From: Acidobacteriota bacterium | GTDB lineage: Bacteria; Acidobacteriota; UBA890; WLXD01 | Length of the DNA stretch: 64,000 bases | Assembly: GCA_963666055.2 (NCBI GenBank) | Contig: CAXWPH010000002.1 | Coordinates: 64,001 to 128,000, forward strand | Direction of reading: 5' to 3' | Shown: positions 60,938-64,000 of the stretch, piece by piece | Layout: each line of letters begins with the position of its first letter | Numbering within the stretch: the stretch's first letter is position 1 | Translations under genes and position numbers: made by a program | The notes under the pieces: generated by a model | Database searches by the model: none | The model's input: the letters and a program-made list of their open reading frames with translations, nothing else | What the model was told of the DNA's origin: nothing

Positions 60938-61990
60938 GTGAACCGTCGGTGGTTGCTCTACGGAGCCTACGGCTACACTGGCCGCCTGATCGCTCGTCTG
61001 GCGGCTGAGCGTGGCTTGTCGCCGCTGCTCGCTGGTAGGGATCCCCGGAAGCTGGAGGCGATGGCGAGCTCGCTGGGCTTGGAGCAGCGCGTATTCCGGC
61101 TCGGCAAGCCTGCCGCTATCGCGGAGGCCCTCGACGGGATGGACGCCGTGGTCAACGCCGCCGGACCGTTCTCGCGCACGTTCTCCAGGATGGTCGACGC
61201 CTGCTTGGCGCGCCGATGCCACTACCTCGACATCACCGGAGAGATCGAGGTTTTCGAGGCCGCCTGGGCACTCGACGAACGCGCCCGCGCAGCAGGCGTG
61301 ATCCTGCTGCCGGGCGTGGGGTTCGATGTCGTACCGACCGACTGTGCTGCGTCGCGCGCCGCGTCGCGGTTGCGCGATCCGACGCATCTTGACATCGCGT
61401 TCGTGGCCAGCGGCTCCCCTAGCGCCGGAACGTTGAAGACGATGCTCGAGGGCTTCGGGCAGCCGGGCAAGGTACGTCGCGACGGCCGCATCGTCGACAT
61501 AGAGCTGGGGTCGGTGCGACGCCGTGTCCCGTTCGCTGACCGCGAGCGCGACGCCATGGCGATCCCCTGGGGCGATGTCAGCACCGCATGGCAATCCACC
61601 GGTGTTCCCAACGTGCGTGTGTTCCTGGCCTCTCGGAACAAGCTTCCGGGATGGTCGTCGATACTGCGGCCGTTGCTGCGCATGCCTCCAGCGCGGCGGT
61701 TGATGCAGTGGGTCGTGGGGCGGATGGTCGACGGACCGGGTGTCGAGCAGCTTGCTCGGGGATGGGCGCGTATCTGGTGTGAGGCCCGCAACGCGACCGG
61801 CGAGGTTGCCGAGGTCGAGCTGCTCACGCCGAACGGGTACGCGCTTACCGCCGACAGCGCCGTGACCGCCGTCGAATCGCTGCTCGCGCCGACCTATGAG
61901 GGCCCGCCGTGCGGCGCGTTGACGCCGTCGTGTGCCTTCGGTGACGACTTCGTCAGCCGTCTGCGCGGGGTCGAGTGGGTAAAGGGCTAG
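60938..61990 (+). CDS. Saccharopine dehydrogenase-like NAD(P)-binding oxidoreductase
   Basis: YGAYGYTG, AGRD, NAAGPF, YLDITGE and GFDVVPTDC motifs. Confidence 0.9.
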   Translation: MNRRWLLYGAYGYTGRLIARLAAERGLSPLLAGRDPRKLEAMASSLGLEQRVFRLGKPAAIAEALDGMDAVVNAAGPFSRTFSRMVDACLARRCHYLDITGEIEVFEAAWALDERARAAGVILLPGVGFDVVPTDCAASRAASRLRDPTHLDIAFVASGSPSAGTLKTMLEGFGQPGKVRRDGRIVDIELGSVRRRVPFADRERDAMAIPWGDVSTAWQSTGVPNVRVFLASRNKLPGWSSILRPLLRMPPARRLMQWVVGRMVDGPGVEQLARGWARIWCEARNATGEVAEVELLTPNGYALTADSAVTAVESLLAPTYEGPPCGALTPSCAFGDDFVSRLRGVEWVKG

Positions 61991-62025
61991 CAGGCCGTGT
62001 CGATCAGGGGTAACGGTGGCGCGTT

Positions 62026-63765
62026 CTAACGAGCCGCCTGCTCTTTAATGATCCACTCGACCAGTTTCGCCACGGCCTTCGAAGTCGCGGCGTCCAGGGC
62101 ATCGAGGTCGTTGATGTCGTCGACACGGATGCGCTCGTCCGTCTCGGCGTCGCGCTGCGTGCTCCGTACCCTGAGGCGGAGATCCATTTCTCGGCGGGGC
62201 TCGTCCGCGAGCTCATGCAGCTCGATCCAGGCGGTGAAGTCGACCAAGGCCGGGTACCGCGCCAGCGCGATCGTGCGTTGTCGCTCCAGGTGTCGCGCGA
62301 TGCGACGGTGCACGCTCCGCAGCGCCAGCTGAGCCGCGAGGTCGGGCACCATCGGCTTGAGAAACTCGATCACTGGCCCCTCGTTCAGGGCAACGAGTCC
62401 CTCGGGCGGGCCCGACACGCGGCGTAGCCGGTCGATGATCTCCTCGGCGGGCACCCCTGCGCGCCGCGCCCGGATGGCGTGATTCCAGGCGGCCGGGTAG
62501 TCCAACAGCCGGTACGCGACTTGGGCGATGCGCGCGTGCAGCTCACCGGAGCCTGGGGTCAGATCAAGCGCCTGCTCGTAGGCCAGGCGCGCCCCTGACC
62601 ACAGGCCGGCACCCTCGAGCACCCGGCCGCGACCCAGGTGCGCGGAGCTCAGCTGCGGATCGATGGCGGCGGCCGCCCGGAACATCGACAGGGCGGCCGT
62701 CGGGTCATCCGCCAGCAGGCGCGACGCCTGCCGTAGCGCCGACCGCGCGCCGGCATAGTCCACCGCCGTGCGGAAGACGCCGGGCTGCACCAACGGATCG
62801 GCACCGGCAACCTTGACCGCCACGCTATGCCAACCTTCCTGTACCGGCGTGGGACCGCGGTAGGCGAGCACGTAGTAGCCGCGCACCAGCGCCAGCACTT
62901 TGTCGTAGCCGTCGCGTATGTCACGTTGCATGACCAACTGCCCGCCGGAGACGCGCGCCAGCTCTCCGAGTTGTTGCTGTAGCTGCTCGATGTAGAAGCG
63001 CTCACGCCGGTAGCTGGCGAAATCCCGTAGAAAGCTGGGCGCCGAGCGGCGGCCGGCCGCCAATCCGACGGCGACCGCGAAGATCGGTGTCTCGGCCTGA
63101 TGCGTTGCCAGCAGAACGTCGGCGTATTGTGCGTTGCCACCGGTGTCTTCGCCGTCGGAGAGCAGCATGATCGCGGCACGTCGGCCAAGGGCCTCGGACG
63201 CCGACAGCGGCTCGGTGCAGCTGGCGTGGCCGGTGGCCGCATCGAGGGGCTCTTCATCTTCGGGCCGCCGCCTCTGCAGACCGCGGTAGGCGGCCTGAAT
63301 GGCATCGTAGAGGCGTGTCTCCGAACCGTAGGGAATGGCGTCGACGATACGTCTCAGCAACGCATCCCGAGGCGATCCCCATCGGCCGGGCCCTACCGCC
63401 GAATGGAACGGCATGAGCAGGACACAGTCGTCGGGCGCCAGGGCGTCGAGAAGCGAGTGAATCGCCTCGCGAGGTCTCGGGTCCGGCCATTCCTGCTCGA
63501 CGCTCGCGCTGAAGTCCAACACCAGCGCCAGGTCCAAGGGTGCGTTGCTGGGTGCGAGCACCAACTGAATTTCCTGCTCGATGCCGTCTTCGAAAAGCGC
63601 AAAGTCGTCGACCCCGAGACCGGTGACGGGCTCACCGTCGTCATCGAGTACCGCCACCTTGATGCGCGTCAGGTAGACAGCGGTGCGGTAGCTGTGCTGG
63701 TCCTGCGCGTCGAGCCGACCGCAGACCATCGCCACCAATGCCAGCAGCGCGAGCGTACGAACCAT
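62026..63765 (-). CDS. Exported VWA-domain protein (acidobacterial type) with TPR repeats
   Basis: VLDDDGEPVTGL..DDF..FEDG, DFSAS MIDAS, TRLYDAI, LSDGED, YVLAY; TPR-like C-terminal part. Confidence 0.88.
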   Translation of the reverse strand: MVRTLALLALVAMVCGRLDAQDQHSYRTAVYLTRIKVAVLDDDGEPVTGLGVDDFALFEDGIEQEIQLVLAPSNAPLDLALVLDFSASVEQEWPDPRPREAIHSLLDALAPDDCVLLMPFHSAVGPGRWGSPRDALLRRIVDAIPYGSETRLYDAIQAAYRGLQRRRPEDEEPLDAATGHASCTEPLSASEALGRRAAIMLLSDGEDTGGNAQYADVLLATHQAETPIFAVAVGLAAGRRSAPSFLRDFASYRRERFYIEQLQQQLGELARVSGGQLVMQRDIRDGYDKVLALVRGYYVLAYRGPTPVQEGWHSVAVKVAGADPLVQPGVFRTAVDYAGARSALRQASRLLADDPTAALSMFRAAAAIDPQLSSAHLGRGRVLEGAGLWSGARLAYEQALDLTPGSGELHARIAQVAYRLLDYPAAWNHAIRARRAGVPAEEIIDRLRRVSGPPEGLVALNEGPVIEFLKPMVPDLAAQLALRSVHRRIARHLERQRTIALARYPALVDFTAWIELHELADEPRREMDLRLRVRSTQRDAETDERIRVDDINDLDALDAATSKAVAKLVEWIIKEQAAR

Positions 63766-64000
63766 CGAACCTAGCAGGCCGTCCTATTCCTGTTTTCCCG
63801 GTACCCGAGGCGGCACGGGGAGTCGCCGGCAAGTTGCCGAGCATAGTAGCGAGCTGCGCAAAGGTACCGTCGAACCTGCTTGTCTTCCACAGGCAGCCGG
63901 CGGTCTCCCGACTCGGAAGGTGCCCGATCTCGGCGTACGACCAGGACGTCTGTCGTCCTGTGTTCGCCAAGCGCTGACTTCGACTCCGGCTTCCGACGTA

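Overview
GC-rich (roughly two-thirds G+C by eye) bacterial chromosomal segment, probably Acidobacteriota (inferred from a VWA+TPR gene of the acidobacterial type and a PadR plus small membrane partner). It is densely coding. It holds a large block of exported peptidases and amidohydrolases (12.7-29.3 kb), housekeeping genes (trpF, alaX, corA, an ArcB-like OTCase, type-2 ileS, rpmG, apaH, sdaA, malic enzyme), a cobalamin riboswitch with a BtuB-like receptor, and a flavin reductase next to an oxidoreductase-SelD fusion. No CRISPR, rRNA, tRNA or intact transposase was seen. The most unusual signal is non-coding. A CTAG-bounded MITE-like family (27426-27613, 38509-38786) has 32-34 bp terminal inverted repeats and carries one or two homologous, hairpin-forming internal modules. 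A second, 34-nt CTAG-terminated repeat family occurs three times, and one element (48369-48512) has an end from each family. Several disrupted genes (two 1-nt frameshifts, one in-frame TAG, a chimeric ORF, an FG-GAP remnant) and a G12 tract in a Tat-exported glycosidase are also present. Product calls come from motif recognition by eye, not from database searches.
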